Shown here piece by piece: positions 27,844 to 35,274 of a DNA stretch of 64,000 bases; the stretch's first letter is position 1; each line of letters starts with the position of its first letter. Both the position numbers and the translations under genes were made by a program. Below the pieces are notes generated by a model. That model ran no database searches and was not told where the DNA came from. It saw nothing but the letters and a program-made list of their open reading frames with translations. The DNA lies in NCBI GenBank assembly GCA_018662005.1, contig JABJHA010000044.1, forward strand, positions 1,759 to 65,758, given 5' to 3'. The DNA comes from Rhodospirillaceae bacterium (GTDB lineage: Bacteria > Pseudomonadota > Alphaproteobacteria > Rhodospirillales > JABHCV01).

Positions 27844-28096
27844 GACTCGATTATAAGAGCACAGTTCCCAATATTTATCAGTGACGGGCATCACACCCCT
27901 ATTTTTCAAGGATACATCTTTGCCAGCACCGGACAGGACAGTAGAGAAAAAATACAGAAATCCCCCTGGATCAGCCCCGCGCCCGCCGGGTGGAACGCAA
28001 TGGGAATGGAAACTATTTATCTGGCGTTTGATGATTTCTTCATTCTTGCCCGGGCCGAAGCCCTCGAACAAACTGACTCTAAGCCCAGGAGAAACA

Positions 28097-28909
28097 ATGA
28101 GTGGCTTTCATGCTCTGGGTGAGGGCGAGGGAGTGACCTGGCTGGGGCATTCCACATTTCTTGTTCGCCAGGGCGGACTGACCATTCTGACCGACCCCTT
28201 TCTGACCAAATACGCATCTCCGTACCCACCTTTTGGACCGAAGCGGCATTCGGGACCAGCATTGCGCATAGATCAGTTGCCGCCGATCGATATTCTTTTA
28301 ATTTCTCACAATCACTATGACCATCTTGACGAGCGGACCCTCCGCCGATTGCAAAATAAGGACAAAATGCAGGTTCTGGTGCCGTTGGGAGTAGGAGACC
28401 TTCTACGGGGTTTGGGGTTTTCAATCGTCAAGGAACTTGATTGGCATCAGACCTCTGTGTTCGGCAACGTCGAGGTTCGTGCACTGCCCGTTGTGCACGG
28501 TTCGGGGCGCGGCTTGAAGGACAGCAACCAATCGCTCTGGTGTGGATTCAAGATCAAATCGGAAAAAACCAAATTGTTCTTTGCCGGAGATACCGCTTAC
28601 GGAGAGGTTTTCGCCGAACTGGGGCAAATCTACGGGCCATTTGATGTGGGACTTTTACCCATAGGGGCATATCACCCCGACTATTTTTTCCAACGCGTCC
28701 ACATCAATCCGGAAGAGGCAGTTCAAATTTCCCAGGATATGAGAATCCATCATCTAGTTGCCATGCATTGGGGCAACATCGTGATGACGAAGGAACCGAT
28801 AGAAGAACCGCCCATTCGCTTCGCTAAAGCTGGGCGTGAGGCGGGTATCCCCGACCACCGACTTCACATCCTAAAAATTGGCGAAAGCTACAAAATTAGT
28901 TCCGAGTAA
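28097..28909 (+). CDS. MBL-fold metallo-hydrolase (Lactamase_B_2 / NAPE-PLD-like)
   Basis: WLGHSTFLV...LLISHNHYDHLD (HxHxDH)...FFAGDT...HWG. ATG 28097 follows AGGAGAAACA. The track's 72-codon N-extension is unsupported. Confidence 0.8.
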   Translation: MSGFHALGEGEGVTWLGHSTFLVRQGGLTILTDPFLTKYASPYPPFGPKRHSGPALRIDQLPPIDILLISHNHYDHLDERTLRRLQNKDKMQVLVPLGVGDLLRGLGFSIVKELDWHQTSVFGNVEVRALPVVHGSGRGLKDSNQSLWCGFKIKSEKTKLFFAGDTAYGEVFAELGQIYGPFDVGLLPIGAYHPDYFFQRVHINPEEAVQISQDMRIHHLVAMHWGNIVMTKEPIEEPPIRFAKAGREAGIPDHRLHILKIGESYKISSE

Positions 28910-29049
28910 TGGTTTCCATGTTCACGTAACCGAGCCGGGTGGTTGAATTATGTACGCGCCTGTTCATCCCTGCTCAGGGGTGCTTATTGGACAATTATTG
29001 GACAAAAACCACAGAGGCCGCTCGGATAGGCGGCTAATGCATTGAAAAT

Positions 29050-29100
29050 ATTGGCGTCCCCTACGGGATTCGAACCCGTGTTGCCGGCGTGAGAGGCCGG
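29050..29100 (-). repeat. 51-bp duplicate of the 3' half of tRNA-Glu (att-like repeat)
   Basis: Identical to 30541-30591. Covers tRNA nt 28-76 (anticodon arm, T arm, acceptor 3' strand, CCA) plus 2 nt. Confidence 0.85.
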
Positions 29101-29263
29101 GGGAAATTCCCAGAATTCTGCGGTGTTGGGAACTTCAAAATTCATGTGAATTCACGTAAATTCATACGGATTTAATAATTGTTCCCGTTGCGTTTTCCCG
29201 CCGCGCGCGGCGTATATATCAACTTCCCTTTGTTGCCGCAATAAATTGACCCCCACCGACGAC

Positions 29264-29764
29264 CTAACTAGAAATAATTCTCAAGAGACAAGGTGTGAGA
29301 TCTCCAAATCCCCAAATGAATGTTCCGGCGATTAGGAGCAAGAATTCGATCCGATAGAAAAGCCGCTTGCTCGCATTCAGCATATCTCCAAGATATGGTT
29401 GGAAATCTTTCCACTCATCTCTGAGTTTGTTTTCCGTATCCTCAACAACTTTATCAAATTTATCTTCTGGTATATGTATTTTCTCCCGGACGATTTCTCC
29501 AAGTATGGAGAGGTTGCTTTCGAAATAGTCATTAATCTGCGCCTTGTACGAGAGGAGCCAATTGTGGATAGAAGCATAGGCGAAAAGAATTGCGATAATA
29601 ACGATAAGTGATCCCGAGCGCTGAAATGCACTCCATTCATATGCGCTCGAGGTCAACGCGTGATTTGTCAAGTCGATGGAAATGCCGGTAAAGGCAGTCA
29701 ATTCGGCTATAACCAAGGCGGAAATAGAAAACTCCCAAGCTTTTTTTGCTGGCTTATGTGCCAT
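29264..29764 (-). CDS. Hypothetical 3-TM membrane protein (166 aa) on the tRNA-Glu islet
   Basis: AAAGGAGAG lies 6 nt upstream of the ATG. Two N-terminal hydrophobic helices, a charged helical middle (EDKFDKVVEDTENKLRDEWKD) and a C-terminal hydrophobic helix. AT-rich codon usage. Confidence 0.55.
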   Translation of the reverse strand: MAHKPAKKAWEFSISALVIAELTAFTGISIDLTNHALTSSAYEWSAFQRSGSLIVIIAILFAYASIHNWLLSYKAQINDYFESNLSILGEIVREKIHIPEDKFDKVVEDTENKLRDEWKDFQPYLGDMLNASKRLFYRIEFLLLIAGTFIWGFGDLTPCLLRIISS

Positions 29765-29937
29765 TCGAACTCTCCTTTCAGTGCTGCTATTTTAACGGCA
29801 GTAAATTGCCATAAATTCACTCCTGAAAGTAGAGGCAAAGCCCTCATTCATACATATTTATTTTCTTGTCCGGCTTCGTTTGGCAGGGGCTCATGTACGG
29901 GCGCCATTATCCTGGAAGTGATGCAGCATCAACGCCT

Positions 29938-30459
29938 TCAATCCAAAAGTGTAGCAATAGACCTGGCAGCGGCTTTAATGATTATTTCTTCAAGTTGCTT
30001 TTCCCACCAATCAATGGCTTCTCGAACAACATCTCGTTGATCTTGGCCTTCGAAAGGACCGTCGTGAATGGGATAGGATCGAGTGTGCGGAGCTTCTCCG
30101 GCCTCTATGTTTGCACCAACATGGATTGTAATGCCCTGCCCTGCATGTAGATCGTATTCATGAAGAATGATATTCGCGCTCTCAGCGATAAAGCCCCAAT
30201 AGATTTTGGGCTCAGGCTCGCTGGCCTTCATTCCATCTCGAAATGATTGAACTTCTTTTACTAACTCGGGCGGATGAGTGTCATCCTTAATATCCACTTC
30301 AAAAAGGACATTTCGAACAGTTCGGAGAAGGGTGCAGCATGCAGACCACTGGACTCGCCAAGTGGTTCCTGAGGGCTGCTCCTCCAAAAGGCGCAAGGCT
30401 TCTCGACAGTCTTCCAAGACCATTTGAGCGCCGAGTTGAAAAGGAGCGTCACTTGCCAT
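29938..30459 (-). CDS. Hypothetical soluble protein (173 aa) on the tRNA-Glu islet
   Basis: Uninterrupted ORF next to the tRNA. Helical-looking N-half (LEDCREALRLLEEQ..., WSACCTLLRTVRNVLFE). No obvious SD and no family recognised. Confidence 0.5.
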   Translation of the reverse strand: MASDAPFQLGAQMVLEDCREALRLLEEQPSGTTWRVQWSACCTLLRTVRNVLFEVDIKDDTHPPELVKEVQSFRDGMKASEPEPKIYWGFIAESANIILHEYDLHAGQGITIHVGANIEAGEAPHTRSYPIHDGPFEGQDQRDVVREAIDWWEKQLEEIIIKAAARSIATLLD

Positions 30460-30542
30460 TAATTATATTCACAGCTTAGGTAAATTTAATATGGCTAATC
30501 CCATTATTAAAAAGTTCCCAAAAAATTCCCAAAGTTCCCAAA

Positions 30543-30618
30543 TTGGCGTCCCCTACGGGATTCGAACCCGTGTTGCCGGCGTGAGAGGCCGGTGTCCTAG
30601 GCCTCTAGACGAAGGGGA
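30543..30618 (-). tRNA. tRNA-Glu (anticodon CUC)
   Basis: The reverse complement reads GTCCCCTTCGTCTAGAGGCCTAGGACACCGGCCTCTCACGCCGGCAACACGGGTTCGAATCCCGTAGGGGACGCCA. It is 76 nt and near-identical in layout to E. coli tRNA-Glu. Anticodon loop C-T-CTC-A-C; CCA is encoded. Confidence 0.9.
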
Positions 30619-30653
30619 CCATGGGCTGTGGCAATGGGTTTATCAATATCAGG

Positions 30654-30673
30654 CTTGCCGGAAGTCGGGCAAG
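30654..30673. terminator. Hairpin between ltaE and tRNA-Glu
   Basis: cttgcc-ggaagtcg-ggcaag followed by gtctttt on the plus strand. Lies 20 nt downstream of the ltaE stop on the minus strand. Confidence 0.35.
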
Positions 30674-30692
30674 GTCTTTTAGGTCTTATGGC

Positions 30693-31727
30693 TTACTGGT
30701 TGGAAAGTCTGCGGGCTTCGGCGACGAAGGCTTCGGTGTCGGCCTTGTCCGTGTTGAAGGCGGTGATCAGGCGAATGATCGAGCGCTCCTCGGCCGGCCA
30801 GTCATAGAAAGCGAAGCCGGCGCTTCGCAGGCCTTCGATCATGGTGTTGGGCAGGCGGGCGAAAAGCATGTTGGCATTGGTTGGAAACAGCAATTCCACA
30901 TCGCCGATCTCGCTTAAGCCCTGGGCCAGGGTTTTCATGCAGTCATTGGCGTGGCCCGCCATTTTCAGCCACAGGCCGTCTTTCAGATAGGTTTCGAACT
31001 GGATGGCCAGAAAGCGCATTTTTGAAAACAGGTGGCCGCCGCGCTTGCGCCGGTAGGCGAATTCATCGGCCAGACCGGGTGTGAACATGACGACGGCCTC
31101 TGCCGCAAAAGCGCCGTTTTTGGACGCCCCGAATGACAACACATCGATGCCCGCCTTGACGGTCATTTCTGCAGGGGTACAGCCCAGGGCGGCGACGGAA
31201 TTGGCCAGACGCGCCCCGTCCATGTGGACTTTCAGGCCGTGTTCGTGGGCAACGGCTGTGATCGCCGTGATTTCATCAAGGGTGTAGACGGCACCAGTTT
31301 CTGACGTTTGCGACAGGCTGACGGCGGTGGGTTTGACGTGGTGCACATCGCCGTGCTCGTCCTTTAAGGCATCGGCCAAATCGGACGCAGTGATTTTGCC
31401 GTTCCTGTCGGGCAGCTGCACCAGTTTAGCACCGCCGGTATAAAATTCAGGCCCGCCGCATTCATCGACTTCAATATGGGCTTCGGGGTGGCAATAGATA
31501 CTGCCGTATGGCGGGGCCAGTACGGACAGGGCAAGAACGTTGGCGGCGGTTCCGGTAGCGACCAGGAAAACATCAGCCGTGGTCTCGAACAGATCAGCGA
31601 TGGTTTGCTCGACCGTGCCGGTGGTGGCATCTGCGCCGTAAGGCATGGCCGCACCATCATTGGCGGCCATAACGGCGGCGGCAATTTCCGGGCAGGCGCA
31701 GGTGACGTTATCGCTACAGAAGTTCAT
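30693..31727 (-). CDS. ltaE: Low-specificity L-threonine aldolase (PLP-dependent)
   Basis: MNFCSDNVT...YG.D start typical of the family. GTAANVLAL and SFGASKNG (PLP Lys region). Confidence 0.85.
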   Translation of the reverse strand: MNFCSDNVTCACPEIAAAVMAANDGAAMPYGADATTGTVEQTIADLFETTADVFLVATGTAANVLALSVLAPPYGSIYCHPEAHIEVDECGGPEFYTGGAKLVQLPDRNGKITASDLADALKDEHGDVHHVKPTAVSLSQTSETGAVYTLDEITAITAVAHEHGLKVHMDGARLANSVAALGCTPAEMTVKAGIDVLSFGASKNGAFAAEAVVMFTPGLADEFAYRRKRGGHLFSKMRFLAIQFETYLKDGLWLKMAGHANDCMKTLAQGLSEIGDVELLFPTNANMLFARLPNTMIEGLRSAGFAFYDWPAEERSIIRLITAFNTDKADTEAFVAEARRLSNQ

Positions 31728-32164
31728 GACGGGTCCTTAAGGTCGGTGGTTATCGGTATTTCATGGAAGGCAGTAGCGTCCGCGTCAACCCTGTGGGCCG
31801 TCGTTTCGGTCGCCCGGCCCTCGTCAACGGCGACAATAAACCACAGCAGATCAGGCTCGAAGGCCATTTTCAAGTCGTATTCGGATGGCTGCGCCGGGTG
31901 ATCGGGATGGGAATGATAATGGCCGACAATCCGCTCTGGACCGCCTTCCAGTTCACGCATCACATCGAAACGGATTTTCGGGTCAACCTCGAAGCGGTCC
32001 CGCGCTGTTCCATCGGTAACGTTGTCACTGGTATGGACTCCGGTAATGGTCAGGGTTTTATCGGCTTCGCCAAATCCTGATAACAGGCCGCAACATTCAT
32101 CGGGATAGGCCGCTTCGGCTGCCGTGGTGATTTCGGCCATCAAGGCGTTGGCGATTGAAATCAT
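31724..32164 (-). CDS. JAB/MPN (JAMM) metalloprotease-family protein
   Basis: ECCGLL plus an exact JAMM motif HSHPDHPAQPSEYD (HxHPx6Sx2D). ATGA overlaps with both neighbours. Confidence 0.8.
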   Translation of the reverse strand: MISIANALMAEITTAAEAAYPDECCGLLSGFGEADKTLTITGVHTSDNVTDGTARDRFEVDPKIRFDVMRELEGGPERIVGHYHSHPDHPAQPSEYDLKMAFEPDLLWFIVAVDEGRATETTAHRVDADATAFHEIPITTDLKDPS

Positions 32165-32535
32165 GGGGTGACCTTAAGGGTTCCCAGCAAAGCGCCGTTG
32201 CTGGCGTCAACGACGATGACGCGCTCGCAGGTACCCCCGACGGGGCCGATTTTCAGGAACATGCGGGCACCGTCACCCGTGACACTGGCAATAACGCAGC
32301 CTTCGGGCAGGGAGAGCATGACCTCGCCGAAGGCCTTTGGCAGGCCCCCGGGCTGGGCTGCCGGGCCTGGAACAATGGCGGGCTGGCCGGCCTCCTGCGG
32401 GGCTTTTTCGCCGCCAAAGGAGAAGAACTTGAAGTCCGGTTCATCCGCTTTACGATAGAGTCCGTAAGCGATGACCGTCATGGCGACGATAATAAGAATG
32501 GTCAATCCGACGACTAAACCCTTGAGTGCCTGCAT
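32161..32535 (-). CDS. Membrane-anchored small periplasmic protein, unknown function
   Basis: Start moved to MQALKGLVVGLTILIIVAMTVIAYGLY (ATG 32535). Single N-terminal TM. First gene of the JAB-ltaE operon. Confidence 0.6.
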   Translation of the reverse strand: MQALKGLVVGLTILIIVAMTVIAYGLYRKADEPDFKFFSFGGEKAPQEAGQPAIVPGPAAQPGGLPKAFGEVMLSLPEGCVIASVTGDGARMFLKIGPVGGTCERVIVVDASNGALLGTLKVTP

Positions 32536-32554
32536 AATCCTGTACAGTCTTCCA

Positions 32555-33550
32555 ATGATGACAGAAGAAAATCCAGCAACCACTTACACCGTTACGGTGC
32601 CTCCCGGCAAGACCGGCTGCCGTCTTGATAAATTTCTTGCAAATGAGTTGCCGGATTTATCGCGCACCCGCATCAAGGCCTTAATCGAAGAAGGCCGGGT
32701 CGGCCTGGGTGAAAAAACGCTCCTGGATCCGTCCGTGAAAGTGCAGGAGGCGCAGGTTGTGAGCGTCCATGTGCCCCCTGCCATCGCCGCCATTCCCCGG
32801 CCCCAGTCTATCCCGCTGGACATTGTCTACGAGGACGAAGACGTCATCGTCATCGACAAACCGGCGGGCCTTGTCGTTCATCCGGCCCCGGGCAGTCCTG
32901 ACGGCACTCTTGTTAACGCCCTGCTTGGTCATGCCCGTGACACCGGGGGTGGCGGCTTGTCGGGGATTGGCGGTGTAGAAAGGCCAGGCATCGTCCACCG
33001 GCTGGATAAGGGAACCAGCGGCTTGATGGTTGTCGCCAAGAATGACGCCGCCCATCATCTGTTAAGCGAGCAATTCTCCGACAGGTCTGTTGAACGCGCC
33101 TACTATGCCCTGGTCTGGGGGATACCAAAGCCCACGCAAGGCGAGATTTCGGGAAATATCGGGCGCAGTTCGGCCAATCGCAAGAAAATGGCTGTCGTAA
33201 AGAGCGGCGGCAAAACGGCGCTGACCCGCTTTAAGGTTCTTAAATCCTACGGCGGGGCCATCAGCCTGGTTGAATGTCGCCTGGCTACCGGGCGCACCCA
33301 CCAGATCAGGGTTCACATGGCCTGGCTTGGCCACCCGGTTGTGGCCGATCCATTATACGGGGGTGGGGGCAAGGCCGGGCGGCGCGGTCTGAGCACCGAA
33401 TTGCTGGCGGAAATAGACGCCATAGATCATCAAATATTACATGCTAAATTACTTGGTTTTATCCCTAAACAGGGGGAAGACCCCCTTCGCTTTGAAGGAG
33501 AATTACCAAAGTATTTCAATAGATTGATAGAAAAATTGAAGGCCATTTAA
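32555..33550 (+). CDS. rluD: 23S rRNA pseudouridine synthase, RluD family
   Basis: S4 domain (RLDKFLANELPDLSRTRIKALIEEGRV) plus catalytic HRLDKGTSGLMVVAK. ATG at 32555. Confidence 0.9.
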   Translation: MMTEENPATTYTVTVPPGKTGCRLDKFLANELPDLSRTRIKALIEEGRVGLGEKTLLDPSVKVQEAQVVSVHVPPAIAAIPRPQSIPLDIVYEDEDVIVIDKPAGLVVHPAPGSPDGTLVNALLGHARDTGGGGLSGIGGVERPGIVHRLDKGTSGLMVVAKNDAAHHLLSEQFSDRSVERAYYALVWGIPKPTQGEISGNIGRSSANRKKMAVVKSGGKTALTRFKVLKSYGGAISLVECRLATGRTHQIRVHMAWLGHPVVADPLYGGGGKAGRRGLSTELLAEIDAIDHQILHAKLLGFIPKQGEDPLRFEGELPKYFNRLIEKLKAI

Positions 33551-33671
33551 TTTTTTTCTATACTTGAGCAAATTCGTCGGGTATTGTGATCGCACATTAT
33601 GGGGATGATGTGCGGTTCAGGTTATTTTTGCCTTGAACTTGAGGGAATAAAAAAGTTTAAGGAGAAGAAAA

Positions 33672-34562
33672 ATGGGTTCTTTATCACTCAATTTTGATAC
33701 CACCCCCGAAGGCAATTTAAGCCGCTATCTTCAGGAAATCAGACAATTCCCGATGCTCGAGTTTGAAGAGGAAGGTCGCCTGTCCAGAAAATGGCGCGAC
33801 TTCGCCGACAATGACGCCGCCCATCGGCTTGTCACCAGCCATCTCAGGCTTGTCGCGAAAATTGCCATGGGTTATCGCGGATACGGATTGCCGGTTGGCG
33901 AGCTGATTTCTGAAGGCAACGTCGGCATGATGCAGGCCATCAACCGTTTTGACCCTGAAAAGGGTTTTCGCCTTTCTACCTACGCCATGTGGTGGATCCG
34001 GGCGGCCATTCAGGAATACATCCTGCATTCATGGTCACTGGTGAAAATGGGAACGACAGCGGCACAGAAGAAATTATTCTTTAACCTGCGTAAGCTTAAA
34101 GGCCGGATTCAGGCATTTGAAGAAGGCGACATGACGCCCGAGCACACCACCGAAATCGCCACCCGTTTGAAAGTTTCAGAAACCGAAGTGATAAACATGA
34201 ACCGACGTATGGCCGGGGCAGATCATTCACTGAACGCGCCACTAAGCCTTGATGGCGATGGTGAAGGACAATGGCAGGATTGGCTGAAAGATGATAACGA
34301 CAGCCAGGAAGAGGTTTACGCCGAAAACGAGATTCTTGGCCAGCGCCGCGAATTGCTTGCCGGCGCCCTTGAAGGATTGAGTGGTCGGGAATCCCATATT
34401 CTTGAAGAACGCCGTCTCAAAGACAATCCGACAACGCTCGAAGAATTAAGCCAGCAGTATGGAATTTCCAGAGAGCGGGTTCGCCAGATCGAAGTGCGGG
34501 CTTTTGAGAAGGTCAAGAAATCGGTTAGAAGCGCCGTTATCCATCAGCAATATAACTGTTGA
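33672..34562 (+). CDS. rpoH: RNA polymerase sigma-32 (heat-shock sigma factor)
   Basis: Sigma-70 regions 2-4 and an RpoH-box-like AQKKLFFNLRKLK. Confidence 0.9.
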   Translation: MGSLSLNFDTTPEGNLSRYLQEIRQFPMLEFEEEGRLSRKWRDFADNDAAHRLVTSHLRLVAKIAMGYRGYGLPVGELISEGNVGMMQAINRFDPEKGFRLSTYAMWWIRAAIQEYILHSWSLVKMGTTAAQKKLFFNLRKLKGRIQAFEEGDMTPEHTTEIATRLKVSETEVINMNRRMAGADHSLNAPLSLDGDGEGQWQDWLKDDNDSQEEVYAENEILGQRRELLAGALEGLSGRESHILEERRLKDNPTTLEELSQQYGISRERVRQIEVRAFEKVKKSVRSAVIHQQYNC

Positions 34563-34588
34563 TAAGGGGAAGTTAGAGCATATCCGGG

Positions 34589-35269
34589 TTAAACCGTCTT
34601 TGGCGGTGTCCCCGCCGCAGCCGGTGGCGAGCTGGGTGGCGCACTTGACGGTTTCCCATTGCCTCCAAGCAAACTGTCGATGCCATCTAGCAGGGCATCG
34701 GTATCGGCATTGCCGGTGCTGGCCGGGGCAGCGTTTGGATCAGCGTTGGCAGCGGCTTCAATCGCTTCTTCGCCAAGTTGATCGCGCATATCCAGGACTT
34801 CCTGTGGCGTCCCCACATCATCACCCCATTCGTCAATCAGCTGCCGTTGGGTTGAACGAAGACTGGAAACCCGGCTTTGGGCAATCACCGTAACAAACGT
34901 GGCAACGACGGGCGGTAATGATTGAAAGATCATCCAGCCAAAGGCAGCCGCACCATACATGACAATCAGGGAGAACACGTCGGTAAGAATACGCATTGCC
35001 CCTTCCATGGTGTTGTCGCCAAGCCACAGGTCCATCATGTAAGGGAAAACACCACAAAGATTGATGCTGCCGATGCAGAAGGTGGCGTTCTTTTTGGGCG
35101 TTCTGTCGATAATGGCTGAGACGATCGTCGGCAGTAATCCAAAGAATATGATCATCACCGTCGGCAGCGACATAATCACAAGCACAACAAATCCGACAGA
35201 TAGCCATAGGGTTAACTGTCCTTGTTTAAAATTGCCCTTCTGAGGCGCTGGTTGTGGTTTATTGGCCAT
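34589..35269 (-). CDS. Polytopic membrane protein with an acidic, Ala/Pro-rich C-terminal tail, unknown function
   Basis: ATG 35269 lies 6 nt after the stop of the upstream kinase-like gene. Four or five hydrophobic segments. Tail: ...NADPNAAPASTGNADTDALLDGIDSLLGGNGKPSSAPPSSPPAAAG. Confidence 0.6.
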   Translation of the reverse strand: MANKPQPAPQKGNFKQGQLTLWLSVGFVVLVIMSLPTVMIIFFGLLPTIVSAIIDRTPKKNATFCIGSINLCGVFPYMMDLWLGDNTMEGAMRILTDVFSLIVMYGAAAFGWMIFQSLPPVVATFVTVIAQSRVSSLRSTQRQLIDEWGDDVGTPQEVLDMRDQLGEEAIEAAANADPNAAPASTGNADTDALLDGIDSLLGGNGKPSSAPPSSPPAAAGTPPKTV

Positions 35270-35274
35270 GGGTT

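Larger units (their letters stand above)
29050..30618 (-). mobile_element. Integrase-less ~1.4-kb islet inserted at the 3' end of tRNA-Glu (remnant or miniature genomic island)
   Basis: An intact tRNA at one end and a 51-bp direct repeat of its 3' half at the other. The interior is visibly AT-richer than the flanks. TTCCCA motif arrays abut both repeats. Confidence 0.5.

Noticed and set aside
30064-30087. HEPN-like Rx4H motif (HTRSYPIH) in the 173-aa islet protein, which would suggest an RNase effector.
   Set aside because: A six-residue pattern occurs often by chance. It sits in a Gly/Pro-rich, probably non-helical segment rather than the helix expected in HEPN domains. This is not supportable without profile or structure searches.
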